Shown here one piece after another: positions 21,885 to 33,700 of a stretch of DNA of 64,000 nt. Every line of letters starts with the position of its first letter. Position 1 is the stretch's first letter. The translations under genes were made by a program, and so were the position numbers. Origin of the DNA: Perkinsela sp. CCAP 1560/9 (lineage: Eukaryota; Protista; Euglenozoa: Kinetoplastea). The stretch spans positions 186,001-250,000 of the forward strand of contig CBFFSA010000007.1 of the NCBI GenBank assembly GCA_965644495.1, read 5' to 3'. Below the pieces are notes generated by a model. The model had not been told where the DNA came from. It saw nothing but the letters and a program-made list of their open reading frames with translations, and searched no databases.

Positions 21885-23216
21885 ATGGAAGTAGAGCGTA
21901 CACCCCTTCATCTTGAGAACCTTTTAAGAACAATCAAGTTCGGTACTTCCTCAGAAGTGAAGAAAGTTATTTCGGAGGACAGATCAGGAACACTACTTAC
22001 TTCTGAAGATGGCTCTGGTCGTACAGCACTACATTTCGTCGCATATTGGGGCCGGACGGATTTACTCGATTTCTTAAACACACCTGGGATACGGTCGCGA
22101 ATAGAAGTTGATCACCAAGACTTTGATGGTAACACCGCACTTGTGCTTGCGGCAAAGCAAAAGAATTTTAGCTGCTTACAATCGCTCGTAGAAAAGTGGG
22201 ATGCTGACCTCATGAAAAAACTCAAAGGCGAAGTAACAGTCATTCACCATGCAGCTTGCGTACCAGATAACATCCAGATTCTGCATTTTCTTACTAATGC
22301 TTGGATATCACGGTCATCCGACGCCTCTCAGCCACTAGAGGTAAAACATGAAGAAACAGACCAAAAAAGTGAAGATGTGCAACCCATTGATACGTTCTTT
22401 GGCAATGAGGGGCTTCCTTTCGCTTCCTTTTGTAAGCCCATTGAAGGAGGAAGCCCCCTTCACTGGGCATGTCACAACCAGGATTTGAACAATGTGGCTT
22501 TTTGTTTAGATGAATTACACATCCCTGTGGATGTGACAGATATGCACGGGGGCACAGCTCTCTTTGTTGCGTCCTCTCTTGGGCATCATGAAATAACTCG
22601 GTTCCTTTTGGAACGTCAGGCGAACCTCCGCGTACAAACACTTGATGGTACCACTCCATGTTCACTTTTGCTTGAGCAAGAAACTTTAGACGTTGAAATG
22701 GTTAAATTGCTGCGCATTTTTGACCACAGTAATATTCTAGAGGAAATTCTAGCCAATTCAAAAAGCAAATTGCCTGAGCCCGTATACCAAGATTTGTGCA
22801 AAGTACCGCCCGATGAATCCGCGTGCAAAGAACGCGCTTCACGATTTAAATTGCAGGGCAGCAACGCTTTTGCAGCGAGAGAGTACGTAAAAGCGTCAAA
22901 ATTTTATACACTCTCGATTGCACATGTTTCAAGTGACCCTACAATATTTTCCAACCGTAGTGCGTGCTACTATAATTTGCGCCAATTCCGTAGAGCTCTA
23001 GCGGACGGTATTCATTCCGTTAGATTAAGTCCCACGTGGGTGAAAGGTTATTACCGTACGGCAGCAGTACTCCTCGAATTGGAAGCTTATGATAGGTGTC
23101 TAAATGTATGCAAACTCGGCATAGAGATTGACAGGGACAACTCTGCAACAGCCGAACAGCTGCGCAGCATTATAACCCAGCTGTCTAGGCGGAAAAAGAA
23201 GTTGACAACCGTGTAG
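21885..23216 (+). CDS. Ankyrin-repeat plus TPR protein
   Basis: GRTALHF, GNTALVLA, GGSPLHWA, GGTALFVA ankyrin repeats; KLQGSNAF..Y.KA..Y, FSNRSACY, WVKGYYR TPRs. Confidence 0.9.
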   Translation: MEVERTPLHLENLLRTIKFGTSSEVKKVISEDRSGTLLTSEDGSGRTALHFVAYWGRTDLLDFLNTPGIRSRIEVDHQDFDGNTALVLAAKQKNFSCLQSLVEKWDADLMKKLKGEVTVIHHAACVPDNIQILHFLTNAWISRSSDASQPLEVKHEETDQKSEDVQPIDTFFGNEGLPFASFCKPIEGGSPLHWACHNQDLNNVAFCLDELHIPVDVTDMHGGTALFVASSLGHHEITRFLLERQANLRVQTLDGTTPCSLLLEQETLDVEMVKLLRIFDHSNILEEILANSKSKLPEPVYQDLCKVPPDESACKERASRFKLQGSNAFAAREYVKASKFYTLSIAHVSSDPTIFSNRSACYYNLRQFRRALADGIHSVRLSPTWVKGYYRTAAVLLELEAYDRCLNVCKLGIEIDRDNSATAEQLRSIITQLSRRKKKLTTV

Positions 23217-23619
23217 CAGTCTTTTAGATTGTAAGATTTTACAATCTAAAAGACTCTTGCGACTAATAAGGTAAGATGAGGTCTGCAACCTTTACATCCA
23301 TTTGATTTTGTAGCTGACAAGCCCTCGACGCGTCGTTGTTCCACTGGGCGTTATGGAACTGGTCGGTGAGATTTAATAATTATTCAGAAACCTTCCCACG
23401 AGTGATAAAATGTATGATGTATCAGTGAATGAATTCCTTATGAATACGTACTGACAAGAGAAAAGTAGGTAAGCCAAGTAAATGTTGGGTATGTAAATTG
23501 TATCGGTGTTCCGCGATTTCTTTCGAATCTCTGCGCTTGATTCTAATTTTATTATGCGTTTTCAAACTCATTTTCTCTATGTAGTCCTTGATGAGCGAAG
23601 GTTCTGATATCATCCTCAT

Positions 23620-25929
23620 ATGAACATCACGATTTGGTATTTCTTGCAGTGGACGCTGGCCAGCATCTCGTCATCACTATCTCAAGTACTCCCCTCTCTT
23701 ATTGTAACCCTGCTTGTACTCATACTGAGTGCACGGAAAGTAGAAAGGAAGGAGTCAACTGTTGATCCATCATTATTAACAGTTTCTAGATCGTGCGGAG
23801 GGAGACCAAGTTTCGCACAATTGAGTAAGTCGCTTCCCCGGAATCCTGCCAGCAATTCGCTCTGTATCCTGTCCATAGTTCGTTCCTTCCTTCTGTTGAC
23901 TTCAGTCATAGGATCATTATATTTTCTTGATTTCTATAGTCTGTTGCATCTTGCCATTATTGTGGGTCTATTCTACTTTGCTTTGAGAGTTGGTTCCTTG
24001 TTTTCGATCCCGATGTCCAGGGGAGATGTAGACACGAGGAAATCATATTTCTTCATCAACAGTGCTATTTGCGGTTCAGCTTTCTACTTTGCATTTATTT
24101 ATTGCGCCCTACAGTTTAATTCTTGCTCGCTAAGCCCACAACTGAAAAACAATTCATTTTCTTCCAATGTATCCAATTTGCAGCCGTCCTGCACCGAGTC
24201 AGTGCTCTCTCTTCATCATTTAGTAAGCACCACTCCGTCCGGTGGAGTAATATACCTGCACCCTGGACAAGAATATATCGTTGATTTTCCTCTTGTTATA
24301 CGAGACAAGGAGTTGACTCTCATCAGTGTTGGAATGGATCATCATGGACAGCAAACCAATAATACTGCCGCCCAGTTGCTATGTGTTACGGAATGTGCCA
24401 TTGTACTTCGAGGGTCATCCCTTTCACTTGTGAACATACACATGACGACGGAGAGTCGTAAGAAGCCGGCGATCGTTGTGTTCTCCGCCGAAGACAGTGT
24501 TTTCCGAGGAGAAGAAACTAGTGTGTACAGGAAATCCGATACTTCTCTACAAATGCGAGACTCTGTTCTTCACTGCGCGTTGCGGAAATGCGTTTATTAT
24601 CCCAGTAGAACGCGATCAAAATCCGATGGTTATTCTGAAACGAAAGAGTACAATCAATGGGACTATTTACCTTTGAGTCATAGATCTCTACTGCTCTGTA
24701 CTTCGTTGATACTGAAGCTCACGGGAGATTATGCATTTCCATTCGTACGACGTCTTGCTACCGCTCTTCCCTGGATGACATCAAGCGCGTATTCTTTCTT
24801 CCGTTTGTCAATTATTTTAGCCAACGAATACCTGGAAGCTACGTACTGCATAGTTTCACTGTGCTCTGAACAAATGCGGTATGAAAAGTGTGCATGGGCG
24901 CAGCAAGCGTACCCTATTTTGTATCAGTTCATAAGTACGATATACGGAGCTGTGCGCCACACTCAATATTTTATTGGAGGAATCCGTCCCGTCTTCCAAT
25001 CAATCGTTGATGTTATGGGTCTCATCCTGTGTCAATTTCACTTCTTTTCGAATGACAAGTGCACCGCCTTACGGCGTTCATACCCAGTGGCATCGGAGCT
25101 ACAGCGTGATGTGCATTCAGGGTTAGGATGGCTCGTTGCATGGGCTCGATGCATGCTTTGGTCGGACCCCTCCGATGCTCGATGTGCTGAGAGCAGTCTG
25201 TTATTGGTAATGATACAGTACAGTATATTTTTGCCTCGACTAATAGTGTCGTCCTTTTTTGCCATATTTGTGGGTGAACATCGCTGTATTCTAAACATCA
25301 TGAGTCTTCAAGCACAGTTTTGCTACGAATTAGGTTTATACGTTCTTGCCATCGGCCGCGTATTAGTGCGTTTTGTGATTAGGGAACACTTTTCACAGGC
25401 TGCGATGACACAAATTACGACTTCGTTTGTTTTTTGTCTTTATACCTTGTTTGCCGTACTTCGAAAAACTACTGATTTGAACGACGACGAAAGCGTTCAT
25501 GAATCGTACAACTCACTTTTAGATGTCCTAGGGGGTATATTTAGGACCAAAAAATGGGTTCACCTAGCTTACAGCATGGGTACGAAAACGACGGAGTTAG
25601 CCTCCGTACTGAAGCACTATGGTCTTTCTTGCACGCTTGTTTTCCTCACTTCGTTCCTCCCGTATCCCTTGTATCAAATGACCGTGTGGCTGCAGCTTCC
25701 GGTGCAATGCTGCCAGACCACATTGTGGATTTTAATACCCAAACCGTCATGGATAAAAGGCATTCTAATTATCTGCGCAAGATTTTTGGTTTCTTATCTT
25801 ATTCAGAATACGCTAGGGATCATACTTGGATATCTATGGGGAGAAGTTTCCATTCTGATAACTATTTTTCTAGCAGCAGTTATCGCACACAGCTTTTTTC
25901 ACGAGTCGCGTAAAAAACTCAGGCAATAG
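23620..25929 (+). CDS. Hypothetical multi-pass membrane protein
   Basis: 769-aa ORF with many hydrophobic segments. Confidence 0.7.
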   Translation: MNITIWYFLQWTLASISSSLSQVLPSLIVTLLVLILSARKVERKESTVDPSLLTVSRSCGGRPSFAQLSKSLPRNPASNSLCILSIVRSFLLLTSVIGSLYFLDFYSLLHLAIIVGLFYFALRVGSLFSIPMSRGDVDTRKSYFFINSAICGSAFYFAFIYCALQFNSCSLSPQLKNNSFSSNVSNLQPSCTESVLSLHHLVSTTPSGGVIYLHPGQEYIVDFPLVIRDKELTLISVGMDHHGQQTNNTAAQLLCVTECAIVLRGSSLSLVNIHMTTESRKKPAIVVFSAEDSVFRGEETSVYRKSDTSLQMRDSVLHCALRKCVYYPSRTRSKSDGYSETKEYNQWDYLPLSHRSLLLCTSLILKLTGDYAFPFVRRLATALPWMTSSAYSFFRLSIILANEYLEATYCIVSLCSEQMRYEKCAWAQQAYPILYQFISTIYGAVRHTQYFIGGIRPVFQSIVDVMGLILCQFHFFSNDKCTALRRSYPVASELQRDVHSGLGWLVAWARCMLWSDPSDARCAESSLLLVMIQYSIFLPRLIVSSFFAIFVGEHRCILNIMSLQAQFCYELGLYVLAIGRVLVRFVIREHFSQAAMTQITTSFVFCLYTLFAVLRKTTDLNDDESVHESYNSLLDVLGGIFRTKKWVHLAYSMGTKTTELASVLKHYGLSCTLVFLTSFLPYPLYQMTVWLQLPVQCCQTTLWILIPKPSWIKGILIICARFLVSYLIQNTLGIILGYLWGEVSILITIFLAAVIAHSFFHESRKKLRQ

Positions 25930-26192
25930 ATTAGCAGATGTTACGGAAGATCACAGCCTTAACGTCATCAATATCAGACTATATCGTGGCCTCATCATTA
26001 ACATATTCGTTTCTAATCCTGCTCCTTTCTTGCGTCCTCCATGATCCATAGGTCGTCCTGTCAAAAGAGTAAAGTGCAGTACGTCGATTAGCGTTGTGTA
26101 TTCAATTCGATTATTCATTTCTTTAAGATTAATGAAAGTTGTGCTACGGTGATTCATGACATCATGTAATGCTAAGGAGTGTGTAATTTCGT

Positions 26193-27212
26193 ATGTACAC
26201 TAATGCGTTAGGGAACAACACGTTTACATACCCTTTTCCAGAGAATACTTTCTTCATGGTACTACTTCACACTACAATTACGACTCCCGCGTTACACAAA
26301 TCATCCACCCCCATTGTGCTTCTTCATGGACTTTTTGGCAGCAGCTCCAATTGGAGAACGATGGCTCAACGCCTTGCAACACAATTAGGATGTACGATTT
26401 ACGCACCGGACGCTCGAAACCACGGCGCCTCCCCTCATGCTGCCCCATTTACTTTAGAAAATATGGTTCTGGACTTGCGCGAGACTCTGCTGCACTTGCA
26501 GTATAAAGAGAAGAGCATTGCTTTGCTGAAACCCGTTGTTATCGGTCACTCTCTAGGAGGCTTGGTGACAGCTCGATATTTACAGAACTACGACTCTAGT
26601 GCGACTGCTGCGATGTTTGTGGATATTACTCCTCGACAGATCACAACGGAGAAACTTAACGAATTTCTAAGTTATTGTAGTGCCATGCGTTCCGCTTTGA
26701 GGGGGGCAGTGGAAGCTGGAGAGGCAGGTGTGACTTTACGATCGATTGATCATGCATTACAAAGTGCTGTATTGAACAAACAGATTCGAAGCTTTTTACT
26801 AACCAATTTGGAACGTGGAAATGACGAGTACTACTGGAGATTGGGGTTGTCAAATATTGCAGAGGGGCTGAAGTCCGGAAAAGCAACTTGGAATTCGTTA
26901 AAACCACCGATACATCTAAAGACACCATCATTGTTCCTTTATGGTGAAAAATCGGAATACTGGAATGATCCTAAACGTGAAAGCTACTTGTATGACCTGT
27001 TTGAACAGTCAGACGTTCGCAAAGCATGTAGATGGGAAGTAGACAATAACGGGCATATAGAACTGGCTTCTAAAATGAGAAATTCAATTTTAAATTTTGC
27101 TACAGTACCACAGGCAGGACATTGGCCTCATGCTGAGAATCCGAACGCGTTCTTCCACTATGTCACCAAATTCTACGGATTTTACGCGAATAGTAATCCA
27201 AGCGAAAGATGA
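26193..27212 (+). CDS. ABHD11: Alpha/beta hydrolase, ABHD11/YbfF-like
   Basis: PIVLLHGLFGSSSNW, DARNHGASPH, GHSLGG, AGHWPHAENP. Confidence 0.88.
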   Translation: MYTNALGNNTFTYPFPENTFFMVLLHTTITTPALHKSSTPIVLLHGLFGSSSNWRTMAQRLATQLGCTIYAPDARNHGASPHAAPFTLENMVLDLRETLLHLQYKEKSIALLKPVVIGHSLGGLVTARYLQNYDSSATAAMFVDITPRQITTEKLNEFLSYCSAMRSALRGAVEAGEAGVTLRSIDHALQSAVLNKQIRSFLLTNLERGNDEYYWRLGLSNIAEGLKSGKATWNSLKPPIHLKTPSLFLYGEKSEYWNDPKRESYLYDLFEQSDVRKACRWEVDNNGHIELASKMRNSILNFATVPQAGHWPHAENPNAFFHYVTKFYGFYANSNPSER

Positions 27213-27449
27213 CGATATTAGTAGTACGAGGTCTACTAATGGAGAACCTATAGAAGGGTGTATGGACATACATTATAGAACGAAGAGGGCTAGTCTAGTC
27301 ACGAACTCCAGGGTACTGTAGCTCGAAGCATACGCTTCCGTAGTTCTTTATAGTACTTACCTACCAAATTCGGCAGAATTTTTCACCCCTTTTAGATTAG
27401 GTAACGGACATCTCTTTTCTTTCGTTCTTTCATTGTCAGGTATGGACGA

Positions 27450-28589
27450 ATGGAGACCGCATGTTCACTCCCGACTTCCTTTCTGAAAATCCAAGTCACT
27501 TCCTTGTCACGCAATTTTAGAAATGCCACTCAAGTCATCCGCCATGCTATGCCCCAATCCCTGCCTCCGGGACATCTCCTGGTCCGCAACACCCTCCTCG
27601 GGATTAACGCCAGTGACGTGAACTACACCGCCGGAGTCTACCGTCCCTCCCTCCACCCCCCCTTCGACTGCGGTTTCGAATCCCTCGGCACGGTCATGGG
27701 CATACCCTCCCCCGGGGCTCTCCCCCCTACCCCTCCATTCCCCCTGGGGGGTCACGTCCTGGTCCGTTCCTACGGGGCCTTTGCGGAGTACCAAGTGGTG
27801 CGCGCCAGCCAATGCACCCGCCTTCCCGATCCCCCCCGCGTGCCACTACGGGGCTATCTCCCCCTCCTCACGAGTGGGGTGACCGCCAGTGTCGCCTTGG
27901 AACAGCTCGGGGGGTTACAGCCCGGGGGCCGGGTACTCGTCACCGCGGCCGCCGGGGGCACGGGGCAGTTTGCCGTGCAGCTCGCGAAGCACGCCTACGG
28001 GTGTACCGTGTTCGGGACGTGCAGCTCCGAGGCGAAGGCGGGTCAACTTCGGCAACTCGGCTGCGACCGCCCGATTGTGTACACCCAGGAGAGTGTGGAG
28101 AGGGTGTTGCGGGCGGAGGCGTACGGGAAATCGGGGGCTGCCCCCGGGCTGCAGCTGGTGTATGAATCGGTGGGGGGTGAGTTGTTGAAGGTCGCCGTGT
28201 CGCATTTGGCCAACAAGGGCCGGGTGCTGATCATGGGTTCCATGGGGGAGTATGCCTCAGGGAGGTGGAAAAGTCGGGGTGGTGAACAGGAAGGGCTGGA
28301 TGGCAGTGACTCGGAGACATCACGTAGAAGGGATTGTGATGCCCCTAGCACACAATCGCTTCCGAGTTTACTTCTTTGTAAAAGTGCCTCTATGGTCGGG
28401 TTTTTTCTTCCGCATTTCTCCAAACACATTGCGCCACACTTATCAAGACTTATTGAGATGTTGGAGGCTAGAAAAATAGAATCCGTGTGCGACGCATCTC
28501 ATTTTTCAGGAATACATAATGTAGCATCTGCGGTGGAGCATCTGTACACCGGCCGTAGTCTGGGAAAGGTTATCGTTGAGCTACCGTAA
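27450..28589 (+). CDS. MDR-family NADPH oxidoreductase, PTGR3/ZADH2-like
   Basis: GINASDVNYTAG.Y, PPFDCGFE, VLVTAAAGGTGQFAVQLAK, VYESVGG, GKVIVEL. Confidence 0.9.
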   Translation: METACSLPTSFLKIQVTSLSRNFRNATQVIRHAMPQSLPPGHLLVRNTLLGINASDVNYTAGVYRPSLHPPFDCGFESLGTVMGIPSPGALPPTPPFPLGGHVLVRSYGAFAEYQVVRASQCTRLPDPPRVPLRGYLPLLTSGVTASVALEQLGGLQPGGRVLVTAAAGGTGQFAVQLAKHAYGCTVFGTCSSEAKAGQLRQLGCDRPIVYTQESVERVLRAEAYGKSGAAPGLQLVYESVGGELLKVAVSHLANKGRVLIMGSMGEYASGRWKSRGGEQEGLDGSDSETSRRRDCDAPSTQSLPSLLLCKSASMVGFFLPHFSKHIAPHLSRLIEMLEARKIESVCDASHFSGIHNVASAVEHLYTGRSLGKVIVELP

Positions 28590-28796
28590 CCGGTTTTGCT
28601 TGAATCAGGAGGAACGCATGGTCCACTTGATCTGGCAATAGATCATAAGCAAACACAAGACGTTTGTCTCGTGTATGTCATTTACCTGATCACAATACTT
28701 AATACTTGTATTATAGCTCTTGCAGCAATACTCTAACTCAATCAGTTCAACTGATCAATGTAGTACAACTGATCTTTTCCTAAAGTCTGAGTTTTT

Positions 28797-29726
28797 ATGG
28801 ACCTTCCGGAAGGCAAAAAAGTGAATGATGTTCCACGAGAGCCTTTAATTTGTCTGGCCGCTCATCTTGGGCATACATTAAACGCTGTATTGGACGATAT
28901 CCATAGATCAACGTATTCTGCACGAGACGTCCGCAATAAATCATTTCTTTCGCAGTGGAATGCAAGAGAGCAAACCTCTCAGTATGTATCATCTCCGATA
29001 GCGGTTCGTGAGACGACGTTCAAGAGCCTGAATTCTTCTCCTTTACTGGATAACATACAGCGTTCATGTAACATTCCATCATTGCATCCACATCACCTTC
29101 ACGCGCTATCCATATTATGTCCACAAGCTTTACCAGGGGCTTTGAGGTTACTAGATTGCAGAAATGCAATTATTCGAGTTGTTTGCCCAGCGAGTCAATC
29201 CTCGCCGCGGGGTACAACGGTGCATTCGCTATATTTCGTTCACAATTCCAAGCGACTCAGTAAGAAGAGTACTGAGCCAAACGTTCCAAGTGATTCGAAC
29301 ATTGGAGTGCATTCTAATCTTTTCGCCGACTTCTACATGTGCCTAGGTGGGTACTTCTGTAATTGCCGTGCATTCGAATACAAAGTGTTATCTGGACACG
29401 AAAATTATAACCTAGATAGCAATGTAAAGGAATCGAGTTTTGAGCATGACGTCAGTTACCGCTTTTTTGGGCCTGCGCAACATGAAGCATTCTGTAAACA
29501 TTTGTTAGCTGTGCAACTAGCGCAGGCCTTGGATGGAGACTGCGAACGAGATATAAGAAATGACTTCAAAAATATAGTCCAGCCCAATATTGATTCCTGC
29601 AGAAGAGGCAATGTGACCGGTCCTTCTGAGATGAGCAAATCGCCTTATTTCACGTTGCCACTACCGTACAATTATCACAGAGTTGTCATCACAAGCGTCG
29701 ACAACTACATGAATCTTTTGTCCTAG
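28797..29726 (+). CDS. SWIM zinc-finger protein, SWS1/ZSWIM7-like
   Basis: ALRLLD, YFCNCRAFEYKVL ... FCKHLLAVQLA (CxC...CxH). Confidence 0.7.
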   Translation: MDLPEGKKVNDVPREPLICLAAHLGHTLNAVLDDIHRSTYSARDVRNKSFLSQWNAREQTSQYVSSPIAVRETTFKSLNSSPLLDNIQRSCNIPSLHPHHLHALSILCPQALPGALRLLDCRNAIIRVVCPASQSSPRGTTVHSLYFVHNSKRLSKKSTEPNVPSDSNIGVHSNLFADFYMCLGGYFCNCRAFEYKVLSGHENYNLDSNVKESSFEHDVSYRFFGPAQHEAFCKHLLAVQLAQALDGDCERDIRNDFKNIVQPNIDSCRRGNVTGPSEMSKSPYFTLPLPYNYHRVVITSVDNYMNLLS

Positions 29727-29760
29727 CCTCACGAGTTTGCGATTATTAAAGGAAGACATA

Positions 29761-30503
29761 AAGGGGTGTAAATTTGGATGTGGGGGAGGTCTAAAATTTG
29801 TAAAACTTGGCCAATTTTGGAAAATAGTAGCGCATTCGAGAGCTCTCGAACCGAGCTCATGAACGTGCATGCACGGCATCTGCGTTATTTAGATTTTCAA
29901 GTGCACGTAAAAAAACTTAGTTTTTTGGGAGGCAAAATCTTGCATTTTTCACAGTTTTTCTGATTTCTCCCCTGATTCATGCTACAAAGACGGGGTTGTG
30001 GGCGATCACCCGAACACAAAAACTACGAAAGGGTTTATTCTTCGCCTGGGCACGTAAAAGCAAGCTGGTGCATGGTTCTTGTTGCCGATTACGAAACAAC
30101 ACAATCTTTTTCGCGCTAAAAATTCATGTTCCATAGTGGGCGACTCCGAAAATGGTTGAGCCCCTCGGAATCGTGCAGATTTGATCATTGCGATCGTAGC
30201 AGCGTTTGAAGGCCCCTGAAAATGCCATGAAGAGCTTTAGAAGGCGATGCTGTATTGTGATTGACATTAATCGACGATAATCGCAATTATTAATATTTCT
30301 TTTTCAATATGTGCTATTGCTTTAGAAAGTTGCAAATAGCGTTTGGGGACTCTTTGTCTAGGGGGCAATACCCCCTTGTGCCTAGTTCGGCCTTGTTACG
30401 TTCATGAGCCCTGTGCGAGAGCTCTCGAATGCGCTATTATTTTCCAAAATTGGCCAAGTTTTACAAATTTTAGGCCCCCCCCACATCCAAATTTACACCC
30501 TTG
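29761..30503. mobile_element. Non-autonomous Tc1/mariner-type element
   Basis: About 105-bp TIRs (..GGGTGTAAATTTGGATGTGGGGG..), TA on both sides, no coding capacity. Confidence 0.88.
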
Positions 30504-30752
30504 TATCTTTGTTCCTTCTTTCTACGCCATATAAAAAATCCAATCAAGTACTTGAAATCGAATTCGAACGTGTACAGCATTCGTGTCACATAACAGAACA
30601 GGAGTGGGTCCCTGAAGGTTACTCTTAGGCTATCTAACAACGAGAAAAACATATGATACGTAGTACGATAACTAGAGCACATAGTTCTTCTTGCAGTTTT
30701 AACACTTTTCGTTTCGATAGATTTTATTCGAAGCTATCATGTTTCTGTATTG

Positions 30753-33700
30753 ATGAGCGGTTTGTATTTGAGAAGATCTGCGAATACATCATTGTGGCCT
30801 CGAAAGCTGATTCTTGGGGTCCCTCATCGTACCTATTGTTCAGCTTATCTTCAGCGTCGTATATTTCCGAGCGGAGTTGGTGGTGCCTTACAACAAAAAT
30901 TGCATGTCTTCCTTGAGCAGCAACACATTTCTCCAATGCGAGCATCAGAAATACGATCCATGGCCGAAGTAACGGTTGTGTCTGCGAAGCTTACCAAAGT
31001 TTCCCTGAAAACGCTCTGCGACTTGTTAGTATCCTTGAGAAAGCTAGGAATACAAAAAGATTCTCCTTCAATACGGCGCATTATAAAAAATGTTGTGCAC
31101 AGACTTGAAAATCCGGATCCGGAAGATATCGTTTGTCTGACGAAAATCGGAAAATTTTCGGAGGCGTCTCATGTCGTTAATTCGCTGCGAACTGCTAGCG
31201 CTCCGAGCTCACAGTTCTGGGAAAAAGAAATTCCACGTTGCGAAATTAAATGGCTTTCGTCTGCTTGTCAATTTCTTGAGATTTACTACTACCGTTATCC
31301 GCAATATAGTACCACGTTGATGGACATAAAGAAACAACCTCTCCGCGTCTCGTGCAGGATACGGGGAGAACTCGAAAAACTGAAGACCTTGGTTTTGCGA
31401 AGATTGAAGATGCTTCTTGAAGCCTCTGATGCATTTCCTGATCTGATCGATAGAGCATGCTCTTTTGCATATAATCTACAAACTGCGCTATTTTTCCATG
31501 AGCTGAATTCTCTTCACCTGCTTTTTGATCTACGTCTTAAACGCGATTGTCCCTCTATGCAAGAATTTTCCAAATTCTTGGACTCGACTACCCCAATCCT
31601 AGAGGTACGGTACAAGTCACTGCGTAAAGAATCGAGTGTGAAGTGGACTTCCGGTGCTCGCTATTTTCTAAATATATTTTTGACCTCAGTTTTTGAGCAC
31701 ATTCACTTACTAACTTCAGTTTCTGACGACGATTTTCCCATTGACGAATGGACAACTTTGATCTCTATTGTAGGAACACTATTGGAATTCGAATTTCTCG
31801 AGCAGGAGCGTAGGGCACCATGTAATAGCTCTACCTCAGTGACCTACACGTCTATTAACTCTGAAGATTTAACAGACAATGCTTGTTCTAAACCGTTTAA
31901 GCCCGTAAATACAGTTGAGCGTGTTACTAAATATTGTGTTCTGTGCAAGAGAATTCTCTACATAGTGCGTGATAGGCTTAACGCTTCGAGCCTTTCACTT
32001 CATCCTACAGGTTCTGCCACCTACGTGGAGGAAATGGGGGTGTGGCTTGATCGCGGGTGTCCAAAAGATGATTATAGATTTCGATCCCTTCATTTACTTT
32101 TTCAGCGCGATAAGATGCTGCAAACTCAATTGAGTGATGTCATTCTAAAGCTGGGGAAGCGGATTTTAGAACTGGGTTCCAGAAAAGAGAAAGAATTGAA
32201 TGTTCACCATGCGTCTCATGAAAAAGCTTTGGAAACATCTTTAAAGAACTTTTCATTGTCTCTTACTCCGTTCGACGGGAACAGAAATAGATGGTCACGG
32301 GAATTTGTAACCTGGCTGCCGCACGCATCCTTGCAAGACCTCCTGTCACTAATAAAACTAAATTTGTTCACTCTAAATGAAGTTCTTTTTGCAAAGGCAA
32401 CACACATTGAAGATAGGGGCGATCATAAAGATCCACAAGTAAGTCGAATGGTTTGGGAATGCCTCTTTGATGCTCTACTGGACAAAACAAACTTATGCAC
32501 AGTTACACTTGCACCTGACCAGTATGTGCACCTCGTAACATATCTTTACTACGTTGGCGAAAATTGTAATTGGCAGTCAGTGATTCAAATTCTTCGGAAT
32601 GTAAAATTTTCAGCTGTTCCTTCTCGCTTTTCGAAGACTAATGTAGAAATTCCGAAAAGCAAATTCTACGAACCGTATCCTTTAGAATTTTGGATAGCGT
32701 TGAACCATGTGCACGTACTAGAGGACCCTACAGCTCAAGTGTACAATAAGAGAAAGTCAGCTGTCTCACGAGAAGTTTACCAGCATTTTTGGGCCCACGG
32801 CATACTGTGGTTGCAGTCTTTAACGATAGATAAGCCGAACCCCCTGGTATTATCTATTATTCTGACGTGGCAAGTAAGATTTGATTTGTCCGCAACCTTA
32901 TCTCCATCAACAGATTCTAATTCATTTGAGCGTTCGATCCATGATGTGATTTGCTCCACAATTCCCTTCCTCCAGACCGCAGATTTAGACATGATTTTGT
33001 ATGTTGTCCAAGATTGGGAGACACAACATAAAAAGGATGTAAGTACAAAGATTTCGAAGCGATTGAGGGCTTGTTTTAATGAGATGAAGACTTCACTGTC
33101 ACCAAAGCAGAACGGAACACGAGTAGAGCAGAATAGCACAAGTAGAGCAATCTGCGGTGTACTTAATACAATGTTGACACTCCAATGCTTACCTGAAGTG
33201 CCTGTATTGTTAGAATTGACAAAAGACGTAGTTGGAAATGCTTTTCTTGAAGAAAAAGAAACGAAAAATCATTCCTGTAGAGACGTTAGTGATTCCACTC
33301 TCGAATTGCAACATGTAGTACTTCTTCTGGAAGCTTTTTTACATTGTGCAGATTACCTTGACAAAGATATTCCTGGCACATCATCCTGTATGGGACAAAA
33401 CGCTATGAATGTACCTTGCAAGCTACAAATGATGTTTTATCAAGCGCTCCTACGCTCATCTTGCACGGAAGTGCCCATAATAGTTCGTGTTAGAGGCCTG
33501 TCCTTGTTGTTACGGCACAAAACTATCGACAAAAAGATTCTTAAGAATATTCTATCTATTCTATTTATAAACCTTGGTGACTCTAAAATAGAAATTCGGG
33601 ATGCGAAGAGTGCATCAAGGACGCCGGAAATCCAAACGCAAAATGCTCACGCCAAGGGCGTCTGCCGGTTAGTGCCACATTTTTACGTTTTGTGCCTCTT

